From Candidatus Moraniibacteriota bacterium (lineage in GTDB: Bacteria; Patescibacteriota; Minisyncoccia; Moranbacterales; UBA1568), in assembly GCA_016699875.1 (NCBI GenBank), contig CP064989.1:949332-1013331 (forward strand): a stretch of DNA of 64,000 nt, read 5' to 3'. A program made the translations under genes and the position numbers. Positions 19,688 through 30,648 of this stretch are shown here, in pieces. Within the stretch, counting starts at the first letter, position 1. Each line of letters starts with the position of its first letter. Under the pieces are notes generated by a model. The model worked only from the letters and a program-made list of their open reading frames with translations. It was not told the origin of the DNA and did not search any database.

Positions 19688-20698
19688 ATGGGTATGTTGG
19701 GAAACGGATTTACTCGAAAAAAGGTCGGGTCGCTCACGCTTGGCGAGAAACTTCAAAAAATACGTGCGGAGTATCGAGTAGAGCTTTCGGAGGTAGCTCG
19801 CGAGACAGGAGTCCGTCTGGAATATCTCGGATATCTCGAGCATGGCGAGTACGCGAAATTGCCGGCTGACGTGTATATTCGAGGATTCTTGCGGAGTTAT
19901 GCGAGATTTCTCGGCGTTGACCCCAAGGCGCTTGTCCGTCTGTATGAGCGGGAACGCAGTATCGCAAAGAATCTTGGTAAGGAGCCTGAGAAGGCGCTTG
20001 CTGCCACGGCGAGGCCGTCACGGAAGTTTTCATTCTTTGTGGTGACGCCGAGAGTGATGATTGGAGGGGCGGTCGCAGCGTGCGTGCTGGGGATTGCGCT
20101 CTATCTCTATGGAGAGTATCGGACATTTGTTTCAGAACCTTATTTGGCGCTTTTGGAGCCGTCGGATGGGCAGACGGTTTCAAATGATGAGAGCATGGTA
20201 GTCGGGAAGACGGATAAAGATGCAAAGCTGTTTCTGAATGATCAGCCGGTCTTTGTGAATGAATCGGGGGAATTTCGCGAGCGGGTGCGACTTCAGCCGG
20301 GGGTGAATATGGTAACAGTGAAAGTGGTGAATCGCTTTGAGAAGGAGCGAGTGGAAACGGTTTCAGTACTTGCCGATTACACAGTTCCTGAGGCTACGAC
20401 ACCTGATTCACCGGGAGAAAGTGCCGAATCTTCCCAGGCTCCGAAGCTGATTCTTTCAACGACACAGAAGAAGCCAGTCTCGATTCTTGTGCGTTCCGAA
20501 GGGCGCGAGCTGTATCAAGGAGACCTCTCGGCAGGCGAAACGAAAGAGTTTGAGTGTAATGAAGGGTGCACAGTTGACTCCACGTCCGGATCGGGGACGC
20601 TGGCGAGTTGGGATGGGAGTGAGGCAAAGCCGATAGCGGGGAAACCGGGGACAGTTATCGGGGTTGAATTCTCACTTGCACCGGAAAATCAAGAATGA
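19688..20698 (+). CDS. rodZ: RodZ-like cytoskeleton protein (HTH_25 + TM + DUF4115)
   Basis: [40 protein letters not shown]...[14 protein letters not shown]; central TM; C-terminal DUF4115-like region. Confidence 0.6.
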   Translation: MGMLGNGFTRKKVGSLTLGEKLQKIRAEYRVELSEVARETGVRLEYLGYLEHGEYAKLPADVYIRGFLRSYARFLGVDPKALVRLYERERSIAKNLGKEPEKALAATARPSRKFSFFVVTPRVMIGGAVAACVLGIALYLYGEYRTFVSEPYLALLEPSDGQTVSNDESMVVGKTDKDAKLFLNDQPVFVNESGEFRERVRLQPGVNMVTVKVVNRFEKERVETVSVLADYTVPEATTPDSPGESAESSQAPKLILSTTQKKPVSILVRSEGRELYQGDLSAGETKEFECNEGCTVDSTSGSGTLASWDGSEAKPIAGKPGTVIGVEFSLAPENQE

Positions 20699-20810
20699 TA
20701 CTGTTGAAGACTTCGCAGGGAGCTGCCCGTGTCCTCTTGTTGTGTCGAATTCCGAGTGGTTTTGGTGGACTGCAGGTTTGAAGATTCATCATTTATTTAA
20801 TTGGTACGTT

Positions 20811-21854
20811 ATGATAAAGGGAAAAGAAAAGGTTGAGAAAACGGCAAAGTCTACCGAGAAATCCAGCAAGAAGAATCTGAGCGCGGTTATGGATGAAATC
20901 CGCGAGAAGTTTGGCGACGGGATGATCATGAAGTTGGGCGACGTGAGAAAGGTTGATGTTCAAGCAATCCCGACGGGTTCAGTATCGCTTGATCTTGCCC
21001 TTGGCATCGGCGGCGTGCCGCGGGGGCGCATCGTAGAGATCTACGGACCGGAATCGTCTGGCAAGACGACACTTACACTGCATATCGTTGCCAATGCGCA
21101 GAAAGCGGGCGGGTCAGCGGCATTTGTGGATGCCGAGCATGCGCTTGATCCGGAATATGCCAAGAGGATCGGCGTCAATGTGGACGAGCTTCTTATTTCT
21201 CAACCGGATACCGGCGAACAAGCCCTTGATATTGTCGAAACTTTGGTGCGGTCGAACGCGGTCGATATCATCGTGGTCGATTCGGTGGCGGCGCTGGTTC
21301 CTAAGGCGGAAATCGAAGGCGAGATGGGTGATCAGCATGTGGGACGGCAAGCGCGTCTTATGTCGCAAGCGCTCCGGAAGCTCACCGCTATTGTCTCTCG
21401 ATCGAACACTATTGTTGTGTTTATCAATCAGATTCGCATGAAAATCGGCGTCATGTTCGGGAATCCTGAGACGACCACTGGTGGACAGGCGCTTAAGTTC
21501 TATTCGTCCGTGCGCATCGAGGTTCGTCGTGCCGCGCAGATCAAAAAAGGCGATAGTGTCGTGGGTAATCGCGTGAATGTGAAGATAGTAAAGAATAAGG
21601 TAGCGCCGCCTTTTCGTAAGGCGGAGTTTGACATCATGTACAATGAGGGCATCTCTCGAGAAGGCGATCTCCTTGATACGGGCGTGCTTTATGAAGTAAT
21701 CAAAAAGAGCGGGAATTCCTTTGTATTTGGCGAGGAAAAGCTCGGTGTCGGACGGGAGTCCGCTCGGGTTTTCTTGAAGGAACACTGCGAGATTGCAGAG
21801 AAAATAGAGCTTGCTATCACTGAGAAAGCCAAGGAGAATAGCGAATCGGCATAA
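20811..21854 (+). CDS. recA: Recombinase A
   Basis: [13 protein letters not shown] Walker A, RecA L1/L2 regions; start at ATG 20811 (upstream ORF extension is non-homologous). Confidence 0.95.
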   Translation: MIKGKEKVEKTAKSTEKSSKKNLSAVMDEIREKFGDGMIMKLGDVRKVDVQAIPTGSVSLDLALGIGGVPRGRIVEIYGPESSGKTTLTLHIVANAQKAGGSAAFVDAEHALDPEYAKRIGVNVDELLISQPDTGEQALDIVETLVRSNAVDIIVVDSVAALVPKAEIEGEMGDQHVGRQARLMSQALRKLTAIVSRSNTIVVFINQIRMKIGVMFGNPETTTGGQALKFYSSVRIEVRRAAQIKKGDSVVGNRVNVKIVKNKVAPPFRKAEFDIMYNEGISREGDLLDTGVLYEVIKKSGNSFVFGEEKLGVGRESARVFLKEHCEIAEKIELAITEKAKENSESA

Positions 21855-21901
21855 GATTTCTGATATGCACGGGAGTGCCCAAGCGGGACTTCTTGCGGTG
21901 C

Positions 21902-21930
21902 TTGACAAAAGAAAATGCAGTTGCTAGACT
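21902..21930 (+). promoter_or_regulatory. Sigma70-type promoter for tuf/ribosomal operon: GGTGCTTGACAA -35 context, 17-nt spacer, TAGACT -10
   Basis: ttgaca 21902-21907, tagact 21925-21930; same extended motif recurs at 37090 and 38018. Confidence 0.5.
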
Positions 21931-22127
21931 CTTGAAAGCGCTCGGAGTTCCGAGTATTTCTCTTTCTTTTTGAAGGGGATATGGTACACTCAAAAAGTAA
22001 TGTTTGCGTAAACTGTTAATTCTCCTGTAGAGAAAGTTTCCGCGTCTGTCACTCCCGATTGATTCTTCTTTGTTTCGAAGATTTCAAGAGGAGATGGCAT
22101 AACGCAAAGCTTTCCGGGGCAAATCGT

Positions 22128-23318
22128 ATGGCGGAGCAATTCAAGCGGGACAAGCCGCACGTGAATGTCGGGACTATCGGTCATGTTGACCACGGAAAGA
22201 CCACTCTTACCGCGGCGCTTTTGCATGTTCTGAGTTTGAAGGGTTTCGCAAAGGAGCGAGGGGTGAATGAGATTGACAATGCCCCTGAAGAGAAAGCTCG
22301 TGGCATCACGATCGCTACGTCACACTGTGAATATGAGTCCGAGGCTCGTCACTACGCGCACGTCGACTGTCCGGGACACGCCGACTATATCAAGAACATG
22401 ATTACCGGTGCTGCTCAGATGGATGGCGCGATTTTGGTGGTATCTGCGACCGATGGTCCGATGCCTCAGACTCGCGAGCATATCCTCCTTGCACGATATG
22501 TGAACGTTCCAGCTATTGTGGTCTTCTTGAATAAGGTGGACATGGTGGACGATCCGGAGCTTGTCGATCTCGTCGAAGCGGAAGTCCGAGAGTTGCTTTC
22601 GAAGTATGAATTTGACGGTGATAATGCCATAGTGGTTCGTGGAAGCGCGCTCAAAGCGCTCGATACTAAGTCTGCTGATGATGCTGATGCGAAGCCGATT
22701 CTTGACCTTGTTGAAGCGCTTGACACCAAGATTCCCGAGCCGGCTCGTGAGACGGACAAGCCGCTCCTTATGCCGATCGAGGATATTTTCTCTATCGAAG
22801 GTCGTGGTACGGTGGTAACCGGTCGCATTGAGCGGGGATCCGTCAAGATAAATGAAGAAGTTGAAATTGTCGGAATTCGCCCGACAGCGAAGACGGTTGT
22901 GACCGGTATCGAAATGTTCAATAAGTCACTCGAAAGCGGAAACGCTGGAGATAACGCGGGAATTCTTTTGCGCGGTATTAAGAAAGAGGATGTTGAGCGC
23001 GGTCAAGTTTTGGCAAAACCGGGCTCCATTACACCGCATACGGAATTTGAGAGCGAGGTGTATGTCTTGACCAAAGAGGAAGGCGGGCGACACACCCCTT
23101 TCTTCAAAGGATACAAGCCGCAGTTTTATATTCGTACCACTGATGTGACAGGCGATGTGACTCTTCCGGAAGGATCCGAAATGGTGATGCCTGGCGATAC
23201 GGTCAAGCTTAAAGTGAAACTTTTGGCTCCGGTCGCTATGGAGGAAGGGATGCGCTTTGCTATTCGAGAAGGTGGACGAACGGTGGGTGCCGGTGTGGCC
23301 ACTTCCATTATCAAGTAG
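22128..23318 (+). CDS. tuf: Elongation factor Tu
   Basis: [26 protein letters not shown] motifs. Confidence 0.95.
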   Translation: MAEQFKRDKPHVNVGTIGHVDHGKTTLTAALLHVLSLKGFAKERGVNEIDNAPEEKARGITIATSHCEYESEARHYAHVDCPGHADYIKNMITGAAQMDGAILVVSATDGPMPQTREHILLARYVNVPAIVVFLNKVDMVDDPELVDLVEAEVRELLSKYEFDGDNAIVVRGSALKALDTKSADDADAKPILDLVEALDTKIPEPARETDKPLLMPIEDIFSIEGRGTVVTGRIERGSVKINEEVEIVGIRPTAKTVVTGIEMFNKSLESGNAGDNAGILLRGIKKEDVERGQVLAKPGSITPHTEFESEVYVLTKEEGGRHTPFFKGYKPQFYIRTTDVTGDVTLPEGSEMVMPGDTVKLKVKLLAPVAMEEGMRFAIREGGRTVGAGVATSIIK

Positions 23319-23478
23319 GTTTCGAGGAAAAGAGCGAGCCGAATATATTCGGCTCGCCACTGTTCTCCGAAAAATGCAGACGGACTGCGTCATTTGGGTT
23401 ATGCACACAAGAGCGAATCCGAATGTGTTCGTGTCTGGGATTTTTGTAGAATGGATTTAATTTCGGTACTCATCTCAC

Positions 23479-23808
23479 ATGAAGAAGTCGGAACCGGTCG
23501 GATCGCTCAATCGAGTGAGAATCAAAATTAAGGCATATGATCATAAAGTGATTGATCAGACTGCCCGAAAGATCGTCGAGACAGCGGAGCGAACAGGAGC
23601 TCGTGTTGCCGGTCCGGTGCCCTTGCCGACAGAGATGCATCGAGTGACGGTGAATCGCTCATCTTTTAAGCACAAGGATTCGCGGGATCAGTACGAGATG
23701 CGTATTCATAAGCGCGTCGTAGATATTCTGGAGCCGACAGCGAAGACTATCGATCATTTGACCAATCTTGATCTTCCGGCGGGGGTTGATATTGAGATAA
23801 AAATGTAA
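23479..23808 (+). CDS. rpsJ: 30S ribosomal protein S10
   Basis: [37 protein letters not shown]. Confidence 0.9.
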   Translation: MKKSEPVGSLNRVRIKIKAYDHKVIDQTARKIVETAERTGARVAGPVPLPTEMHRVTVNRSSFKHKDSRDQYEMRIHKRVVDILEPTAKTIDHLTNLDLPAGVDIEIKM

Positions 23809-23814
23809 GGGCGT

Positions 23815-23995
23815 TTGAAATTTCAGCATAGCCGTGTATACTGAAATTTCAAGCGCTCTCCCGGGTGTTTGAAAAATAGAAAACTCGTTCAAGTCCGACT
23901 CTCGGGGAAGAAACGGATGGAGAGGATGGATACTCAGCGGGACCAAAACAGACCAATGTCTGTGGTATGGGACTGGCTTTTGACCGGTTTTTTTG
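23815..23995 (+). promoter_or_regulatory. Structured rpsJ-rplC intergenic region: perfect 12-bp-stem hairpin (23815-23852) plus terminator-like hairpin with U-run (23969-23995); candidate attenuator/autoregulatory site
   Basis: ttgaaatttcag...ctgaaatttcaa inverted repeat; gactggcttttgaccggttttttt. Confidence 0.35.
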
Positions 23996-24041
23996 TTGCT
24001 TAGCGACGACACTTCGAAAATTCACTGTCTTTCTGTGGTTT

Positions 24042-24638
24042 ATGAAATTTCTTTTGGGGAAAAAATTGGGTATGACGACGATTCACGACCCTGAAAAGGG
24101 GGCGCGAAACGTTACGCTTATTGAATGCAGAGAGAATACGGTAACATTGGCTCGCGATTTGAATCGTGATGGTTATGTGGCGATTCAAGTGGAAACACCG
24201 AAAACCAAGCGAAAGAATGTCAGACGAGAGTTTCGTCTCGATAAAAAGTTGGCTGAATCAGAATCCTCAGCTCTTGTAGAGTCGCTTTCGGTTGGTACAT
24301 CACTTTCTCTGGATACTTTTGTAATTGGTGAGCGTGTTTCAGTTTCCGGTGTTACCAAGGCAAAGGGTTTTCAGGGTGTTGTGAAGCGCCACGGATTCAA
24401 AGGAGCTCCGAAGACACATGGGCACAAGCATGATCTTCGTGCGCCCGGATCTATCGGGGCAACATTCCCGCAACATGTTATTAAGGGAATGCGTATGGCG
24501 GGACGTATGGGCGGTACTCGGGCAACGACAAAGAATCTCTCGGTTTCTTATGTGGATCCGGAGAGACGATTAATTGGGCTTCGTGGTGCAGTGCCTGGCA
24601 GCGTTGGTAGCATTGTTGAGATACGATCGGCAAAATAG
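24042..24638 (+). CDS. rplC: 50S ribosomal protein L3
   Basis: MKFLLGKKLGMTTIHD...GFQGVVKRHGFKGAPKTHG. Confidence 0.9.
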   Translation: MKFLLGKKLGMTTIHDPEKGARNVTLIECRENTVTLARDLNRDGYVAIQVETPKTKRKNVRREFRLDKKLAESESSALVESLSVGTSLSLDTFVIGERVSVSGVTKAKGFQGVVKRHGFKGAPKTHGHKHDLRAPGSIGATFPQHVIKGMRMAGRMGGTRATTKNLSVSYVDPERRLIGLRGAVPGSVGSIVEIRSAK

Positions 24639-24687
24639 GCGTAAGAAGTACGAAGTAGAAGTAAGTGTCAGAACAAGAAATGAACTG

Positions 24688-25353
24688 ATGCAGCATGAGA
24701 ATCCTATGATAACACTCCCAGTCTACAATCTTGAAGGAAAAAAAGTGAGCTCAATTGAGCTTAATGAGAGCATCTTTGCTCTTCCGAAGAATGATGCGTT
24801 GCTTCACGAGGTTTATGTCTCCTTGTCAGCCAATGAACGAGGTGTCTTTGCACATACGAAGGGACGTGGCGAACGAAGTGGTTCCGGGAAAAAGCCATGG
24901 AAGCAGAAGCATACCGGACGTGCGCGGGCAGGAAGCGTACGGAGTCCGCTCTGGAGAAAGGGAGGCATTATCTTCGGACCAAAGAAGGATCGGAACTTTT
25001 CTAAAAAGATAAACCGGAAGGTGCGTCAGAAAGCGATAAAGATTGCTCTGAGCGAAAAAGTTCGTAGTGACGCGCTTCGTATTGTTGATTCATTCTCGCT
25101 GTCTGAGTGGAAGACAAAGGCAGTGGCGACAGCATTATCGGCACTTTCAGTATCAGGAAAGAGTGCAATTCTCGCCTTTTCACAGGGGGAGTCAGGGATT
25201 GATCGAGCGTCGCGCAACATTCCAAAAGTTTTGCCATTGCCGATTCATACGATGAATGCCAAAGATCTGCTTGATCATCAGATTCTTCTTTTGAGCTCAG
25301 GCGCTGTTGCTGATCTCGAGAAGCGTTGCATCGAAACCGAAACTGTTTCATAA
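24688..25353 (+). CDS. rplD: 50S ribosomal protein L4 (start uncertain, 24688 or 24706)
   Basis: GSGKKPWKQKHTGRARAGSVRSPLWRKGGIIFGPK. Confidence 0.85.
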   Translation: MQHENPMITLPVYNLEGKKVSSIELNESIFALPKNDALLHEVYVSLSANERGVFAHTKGRGERSGSGKKPWKQKHTGRARAGSVRSPLWRKGGIIFGPKKDRNFSKKINRKVRQKAIKIALSEKVRSDALRIVDSFSLSEWKTKAVATALSALSVSGKSAILAFSQGESGIDRASRNIPKVLPLPIHTMNAKDLLDHQILLLSSGAVADLEKRCIETETVS

Positions 25354-25359
25354 CGACTT

Positions 25360-25680
25360 ATGACCTCAGAGAAGAACAAAAAAACTGTTCCGAATGCTGT
25401 TGCCTCAAAAACGCTCCTTCGTCCTCGTATGACTGAGAAGTCGCACTTTGCGATATCGCTCGGGAAGTATGTTTTTCAGGTAGCGCCATCAGCCACCAAG
25501 CAATCCGTGAAGCAATCGGTTGAGAGCGTGTATGGTGTTTCGGTAACGGCGGTGAATATGGTGAATATCCCGAGAAAACGTCGCGCATTTGGACGATCAA
25601 TTGGCTGGAAATCCGCAATGAAGAAAGCGATAGTAACTCTCAAGAGGGGAGAAAGTATCGAGCTTTTCAAGGGAGTTTAA
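25360..25680 (+). CDS. rplW: 50S ribosomal protein L23
   Basis: LLRPRMTEKSHFAISLGKYVFQVAPSATKQSVKQSVESVYGV. Confidence 0.85.
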   Translation: MTSEKNKKTVPNAVASKTLLRPRMTEKSHFAISLGKYVFQVAPSATKQSVKQSVESVYGVSVTAVNMVNIPRKRRAFGRSIGWKSAMKKAIVTLKRGESIELFKGV

Positions 25681-25707
25681 TGGTATCGGACTACTGAAAC
25701 TATTCGT

Positions 25708-26550
25708 ATGGCCATTCATGTTTATAGAAAAAATACGGCGGGACGGCGAAATATGTCTCTGGTGAAGCCCGAACATATGACTCGGGGGACGGCGCGCCCC
25801 GAGAAGTCATTGACGACGTCGCTCTCTAAGAAATCCGGACGATCACATGGAAAGATATCGGTTCGCCATAAAGGAGGCGGACATAAGCGTCGCTATAGAT
25901 TGGTTGATTTTTCGCAGACAGCACAGCGAGGCATACCCGCGACCGTTGTCTCCATAGAAAAAGATCCCAATCGTTCTGCTCTGATCGCGTTGCTTCACTA
26001 TGAGAATGGTGCAAAGGCATATATTCTAGCGGCTGCCGGCGTTGTTACCGGACAGAAATTGCTTGCTGGACCAGATGCGCCGGTTGCACCAGGCAATAGC
26101 CTGCCGCTAAAGCATATTCCTGCGAGCACAACTATTTCGAATATCGAGCTCTTTCCCGGAAAAGGCGGGCAGATGGTCCGGAGTGCCGGATCAAGTGCGT
26201 CTCTTATGTCGATAGATGGCGGGATGGCGCGGATAAGGCTCTCTTCCGGGGAAATTCGCTTGGTAAATGTTGAATGTTATGCTACCGTGGGCGGAGTGAG
26301 TAATTTTGAACATAGTGCGGAGAAGATTGGAAAGGCGGGAAGGAATCGTTGGAAAGGAAAGCGTCCGGCAGTTCGGGGTTCGGCGATGAATCCGGTTGAC
26401 CATCCGCATGGCGGAGGCGAGGGTCGTCAGGGTATTGGTCTCAAACATCCGAAAACACCATGGGGTAAGCCAGCACTTGGGAAAAAGACCCGTCGAAAGC
26501 GTCGATTGAGTGATGGATATATCGTGAAGCGCCGGACAAAAAAGCGATAA
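25708..26550 (+). CDS. rplB: 50S ribosomal protein L2
   Basis: GGGHKRRYRLVDF...VDHPHGGGEGRQG. Confidence 0.95.
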   Translation: MAIHVYRKNTAGRRNMSLVKPEHMTRGTARPEKSLTTSLSKKSGRSHGKISVRHKGGGHKRRYRLVDFSQTAQRGIPATVVSIEKDPNRSALIALLHYENGAKAYILAAAGVVTGQKLLAGPDAPVAPGNSLPLKHIPASTTISNIELFPGKGGQMVRSAGSSASLMSIDGGMARIRLSSGEIRLVNVECYATVGGVSNFEHSAEKIGKAGRNRWKGKRPAVRGSAMNPVDHPHGGGEGRQGIGLKHPKTPWGKPALGKKTRRKRRLSDGYIVKRRTKKR

Positions 26551-26596
26551 TTATGTCTTTGGTAGTGTCTCGAAGCTGATAATTTAGACTGTTTCT

Positions 26597-26929
26597 ATGT
26601 CTCGAAGTCTCAAAAAAGGTCCCTACGTTGATGAACGGGTTCTCCAGAAAGTGAGAAATCGGAAATCTGGCGATTCTACCCCTATAAAGACGTGGTCACG
26701 GGCGTGTGTGATTACGCCGGAGATGATCGGGGTGACGTTTGGCGTTCACAATGGGAAAGAATTTCCTCAGGTGTATGTGACGGAAGACATGGTCGGTCAT
26801 CGTTTGGGAGAATTTTCACTGACGCGAAAGTTTACACGTCACGGTGGGAAGATGCAGAAGGAAATCGAGACTGCTTCGAAGCAAAAAGACTCTGCTGCTG
26901 GCGCTCCATCAGGTGGAAAGAAGAAATAA
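26597..26929 (+). CDS. rpsS: 30S ribosomal protein S19 (Lys/Gly-rich C-terminal tail)
   Basis: MSRSLKKGPYVDERVLQKV...VHNGKEFPQVYVTEDMVGHRLGEFSLTRKFTRHG. Confidence 0.9.
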   Translation: MSRSLKKGPYVDERVLQKVRNRKSGDSTPIKTWSRACVITPEMIGVTFGVHNGKEFPQVYVTEDMVGHRLGEFSLTRKFTRHGGKMQKEIETASKQKDSAAGAPSGGKKK

Positions 26930-26933
26930 TCGT

Positions 26934-27449
26934 ATGAACATAGAAGCACATCTCAACAATTTGCGCATTTCTCCTCGAAAGGTGCTTGTGGTAGCAAAAA
27001 TGCTTAAGGGTCTTTCGGTGCGCGAGGCGGGTATTCAGCTTGACCGGGAGCTTCGTCGCGCAGCGCTTCCGCTTGGAAAATTACTGTCGAGCGCCGTGGC
27101 GAATGCGGAACATAATTTTCAGGCGGTTCCGGAGAATCTCGTGGTTTCAAAGATAACGGTTGGAGAAGGTCGAAAACTCAAGCGATGGATGCCTCGTGCC
27201 CAGGGGCGAGCGACGCCGATTTGGAAGCGGATGTCCCAAGTGCACATCGTGCTTACGGAGAAGGACCCGAAACTTCGAGCGTCTGCTCCGACAAAAAAGT
27301 TGGTCCATGCGAAGAAGGATGATGCTGGAAAATCACAAGAGAAGGTGTCAAAAACAGTGTCATTCTCGGACAAGCGGCGATCCGGAGGTATTAAGAAGTC
27401 GTCAGGTGCTCGTTCGTCAAATTCTATTTTTCACAGAAAATCGGTCTAG
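26934..27449 (+). CDS. rplV: 50S ribosomal protein L22 (with C-terminal extension)
   Basis: MNIEAHLNNLRISPRKVLVVAKMLKGLSVREAGIQL. Confidence 0.85.
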   Translation: MNIEAHLNNLRISPRKVLVVAKMLKGLSVREAGIQLDRELRRAALPLGKLLSSAVANAEHNFQAVPENLVVSKITVGEGRKLKRWMPRAQGRATPIWKRMSQVHIVLTEKDPKLRASAPTKKLVHAKKDDAGKSQEKVSKTVSFSDKRRSGGIKKSSGARSSNSIFHRKSV

Positions 27450-27473
27450 CTCCGTTTTGAAGCCTCTTATCTT

Positions 27474-28121
27474 ATGGGACATAAAGCAAATCCAATCGGC
27501 ATGAGAATCGGCATTACGACTTCGTGGAAGTCGCGGTGGTTTGGTGGCAAGTTGTATCAAAAGCACCTTCGCGAGGACGTTCTCATCCGAGAATTCATCA
27601 TGGAGAAATGGAAACCGGCGGGGATTTCCAGTGTCGAAATCGAGCGATCATCCGGAACAGTCCGTCTCATTATTTTCACGGCGCGTCCCGGAGTCTTGAT
27701 CGGTCGTGGCGGGACTGGCATTGAAGATGTTACGAGAACGTTAAAGCATCGGTTCTTCCCCGGTCGTCGTATCGATTTGAAATTGGATGTGCAAGAGGTG
27801 AAGCATTTTGAGGAAAGCGCGGTGCTTGTAGCGGGGCAGGTGGCGGAGCAACTTGAACGACGTTTGCCATTTCGGCGCGTTCTCAAGGGAACGCTTGACC
27901 AAGTGGAGAAAAGCCCGGCTATTCGCGGTGTTAAGATTGAAGTATCGGGACGACTGGGTGGTGCGGAGATGTCTCGGAAAGAATGGCTTTCTCGAGGAAC
28001 GCTCCCGCTTCATACACTTCGGGCTGACATTGATTTTGCTTCGTCGACCGCTCGGACGACGTACGGAGCTATCGGTGTAAAGGTGTGGTTGTATCGAGGG
28101 GAAAAGTTCAAGGGTGATTAG
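27474..28121 (+). CDS. rpsC: 30S ribosomal protein S3
   Basis: MGHKANPIGMRIGITTSWKSRWF...KH domain. Confidence 0.95.
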   Translation: MGHKANPIGMRIGITTSWKSRWFGGKLYQKHLREDVLIREFIMEKWKPAGISSVEIERSSGTVRLIIFTARPGVLIGRGGTGIEDVTRTLKHRFFPGRRIDLKLDVQEVKHFEESAVLVAGQVAEQLERRLPFRRVLKGTLDQVEKSPAIRGVKIEVSGRLGGAEMSRKEWLSRGTLPLHTLRADIDFASSTARTTYGAIGVKVWLYRGEKFKGD

Positions 28122-28139
28122 TATTGAAACGAGAATTGT

Positions 28140-28550
28140 ATGTTGATGCCAAAGAAAGTCAAGCACCGGAAAATTCATCGCGGCGGCAAAGTCGAAGGTA
28201 TTTCGTATGTCGGCAATCAGGTGAGTTTCGGAACCTACGGACTGAAAGCAATGGAAGCGGGACTGATATCGGCTCGTCAGATTGAGGCGGCACGCCGTGC
28301 GATGACCCGGTATATTCAGCGCGGTGGCAAAGTGTGGATTCGAATTTTTCCTGACAAACCGATGACAAAGAAGGGTGATGAAACACCTATGGGAAAGGGA
28401 AAAGGTGCTGTCGATCACTTTGTAGCCAAGGTGCTCGCCGGTCGGGTTCTTTTTGAGATTGATGGTGTGAGCCGTGAGGTCGCTGAGAAAGCAATGAAGC
28501 TTGCTGCCTACAAGCTTTCAGTAAAAACGAAATTTGTTGTATCTGAATAG
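28140..28550 (+). CDS. rplP: 50S ribosomal protein L16
   Basis: [20 protein letters not shown]... Confidence 0.95.
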   Translation: MLMPKKVKHRKIHRGGKVEGISYVGNQVSFGTYGLKAMEAGLISARQIEAARRAMTRYIQRGGKVWIRIFPDKPMTKKGDETPMGKGKGAVDHFVAKVLAGRVLFEIDGVSREVAEKAMKLAAYKLSVKTKFVVSE

Positions 28551-28609
28551 TGGGTGGGGTTGATTTTTTTGTAAAACAAAGGTATACTCAAAACTTCCTA
28601 CGAACCATT

Positions 28610-28795
28610 ATGAATATCGCTGAAATACGAGAGAAAAGTCGAGAGGATATTGAAACGGCGCTGCTGGAGAGCCGGGAAGCACTTCGGACGGTTCGGTTTG
28701 GAATAGCAGAGCATGATGTGAAAAACCATCAGGAACATCGGCGGCTTCGGCGGGAAATCGCACGTATGCTCACGGTACTTGGCGAGCAGAAATAA
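28610..28795 (+). CDS. rpmC: 50S ribosomal protein L29
   Basis: MNIAEIREKSREDIETALLESREALRTVRF. Confidence 0.8.
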   Translation: MNIAEIREKSREDIETALLESREALRTVRFGIAEHDVKNHQEHRRLRREIARMLTVLGEQK

Positions 28796-28824
28796 TTTTC
28801 AATTTTCTTGTGTTTGAACGAGGT

Positions 28825-29106
28825 ATGACGAAAGAATTGCAACAATCCGGAACACTGCAGTCAGCGAAGGCTCCCATATTTCGTGGTACGGTTGTAAGCG
28901 ACCGGATGGAGAAAACCATTGTCGTTTCTGTGGAAACATTGAAGACGCATTCGAAATATCGTAAGAAGTATCGATCAACGCGACGATATCAGGTGCATGA
29001 TCCTGAAAAGAAGCATGCGGTCGGAGATGTGGTTGAGTTTCGTGAGTGTCCGCCAGTGAGTCGGCATAAACGGCATGAAGTGGTTGCTTCCGACAAGGAA
29101 TATTAA
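28825..29106 (+). CDS. rpsQ: 30S ribosomal protein S17
   Basis: GTVVSDRMEKTIVVSVE...RYQVHDPEKKHAVGDVVEFRECPPVS; ATG 28825 preceded by a GAGGT RBS. Confidence 0.85.
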   Translation: MTKELQQSGTLQSAKAPIFRGTVVSDRMEKTIVVSVETLKTHSKYRKKYRSTRRYQVHDPEKKHAVGDVVEFRECPPVSRHKRHEVVASDKEY

Positions 29107-29146
29107 ATCTTGAGAGAGTGATTGGCGAATCAGAAGAATCAGACCT

Positions 29147-29512
29147 ATGATCCAAGCGGAAACACAATTGAGAGTGGCGGACAATAGCGGGGCGATCGTA
29201 ATCGAGTGCTTCAAGGTGCTCGGAGGAAGCAAGCGCCGGTATGCGGCGCTTGGCGATATTATTGTCGCTTCCGTAAAATCATCTCAGCCGAGAGGGATGG
29301 TAAAGAAGGGTGATAAAGTAAAAGCGGTTATTGTCCGTCAAAAGGATGCCTATCGCCGTCCTGACAATTCTTGTATCCGATTTGATGAGAATGCGGCGGT
29401 TATCCTCGAAGGAACAGAGCCGAAAGGTTCGCGTGTGTTTGGTCCGATTGCTCGGGAAGTACGCGATCGTGGTTTTTCCAAGATTGTTTCTCTTGCGCCG
29501 GAAGTTTTGTAA
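29147..29512 (+). CDS. rplN: 50S ribosomal protein L14
   Basis: [16 protein letters not shown]... Confidence 0.95.
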   Translation: MIQAETQLRVADNSGAIVIECFKVLGGSKRRYAALGDIIVASVKSSQPRGMVKKGDKVKAVIVRQKDAYRRPDNSCIRFDENAAVILEGTEPKGSRVFGPIAREVRDRGFSKIVSLAPEVL

Positions 29513-29533
29513 GGCATATAGTCCTCAACCTCT

Positions 29534-29842
29534 ATGAAATTCAAGAAAGGAGACGAAATCGAGATGATTGCCGGAAAGGACAAAGGGAAGCGTGGCTCCG
29601 TGTCCCGCACTGTTCCGACTCTCGATAAAATTGTGGTTGAAGGAATCAATGTCCGGAAGAAACATGTCAAGTCGAGGAGGGATGGTCAAAAAGGTGAGCG
29701 CATTGAAGTGTCAGCGCCCTTCTCGATTTCCAAAGCGATGTTGGTATGTCCTCATACGGGGAAGCTTACAAGAATCGGATACCGGATGGAAGGTGGTGAA
29801 AAAATCCGTATCAGTAAGCGAGCCAATAAACCGATTGCTTAG
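29534..29842 (+). CDS. rplX: 50S ribosomal protein L24
   Basis: MKFKKGDEIEMIAGKDKGKRGSV (KOW motif). Confidence 0.9.
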   Translation: MKFKKGDEIEMIAGKDKGKRGSVSRTVPTLDKIVVEGINVRKKHVKSRRDGQKGERIEVSAPFSISKAMLVCPHTGKLTRIGYRMEGGEKIRISKRANKPIA

Positions 29843-29880
29843 TTATGACAGAGAAATATTGAATCGTTGCCTCTACCTCT

Positions 29881-30444
29881 ATGGAACATGTTGATGTTAC
29901 TATTCCGCTCAAAGAAGTGTATCGGACCCGTGCGGTTCCGGCATTGCTTGCTGCGTGTGGAGAATCCAATCCGATGGCAGTGGCACGCGTGCGGAAAGTA
30001 GTGGTCAATGCCGGTATCGGGAAATTTCTCAAGGAAGAGCAACGAGTGGAAGAGATTGTGAGATCAATGACGGAGATTACCGGACAAAAGCCGGTGCTCA
30101 CGCAGGCAAAGAAAGCAATTGCCGGATTCAAGATTCGTGAAGGGCTTGCCGTCGGGGTCAAAGTAACGCTTCGAGGAGATCGCATGTGGGATTTCTTGGA
30201 TCGTTTGGTGAAGACGGCATTCCCGCGTGTTCGCGACTTTCAGGGTATTTCGCTGTCTGTCGTAGATGGTAAAGGTCACCTCAATGTCGGTATTCGCGAG
30301 CATGCTGTATTTCCCGAAATTGTCCCTGAGAAGGTGCAGACGTCGTTTGGGCTTCAGGTGACAGTGGTTACAACGGCAAAAACGCGAGAAGAGGGTTTGA
30401 CGCTGGCGAAATCTCTCGGATTTCCGCTTCGCGACACCAATTAA
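29881..30444 (+). CDS. rplE: 50S ribosomal protein L5
   Basis: Position in spc order and conserved L5 core ([12 protein letters not shown]...[26 protein letters not shown]). Confidence 0.9.
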   Translation: MEHVDVTIPLKEVYRTRAVPALLAACGESNPMAVARVRKVVVNAGIGKFLKEEQRVEEIVRSMTEITGQKPVLTQAKKAIAGFKIREGLAVGVKVTLRGDRMWDFLDRLVKTAFPRVRDFQGISLSVVDGKGHLNVGIREHAVFPEIVPEKVQTSFGLQVTVVTTAKTREEGLTLAKSLGFPLRDTN

Positions 30445-30458
30445 AAGAATATATTCGT

Positions 30459-30644
30459 ATGGCGAAGACATCGACCGAAGCAAGAGCTCGGAAACAACCG
30501 AAATTTTCTACGAGAACTGTTCGCCGGTGCTGGCGTTGCGGTCGCAAACACGGCTACCTCCGAAAGTTTGATTTGTGTCGGATCTGTTTTCGTGAATTGG
30601 CGAGTAAGGGAGAGATTCCGGGCGTTCGAAAATCTTCATGGTAA
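30459..30644 (+). CDS. rpsZ: 30S ribosomal protein S14 type Z (zinc-binding)
   Basis: 61 aa with [20 protein letters not shown]. Confidence 0.9.
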   Translation: MAKTSTEARARKQPKFSTRTVRRCWRCGRKHGYLRKFDLCRICFRELASKGEIPGVRKSSW

Positions 30645-30648
30645 ATCT

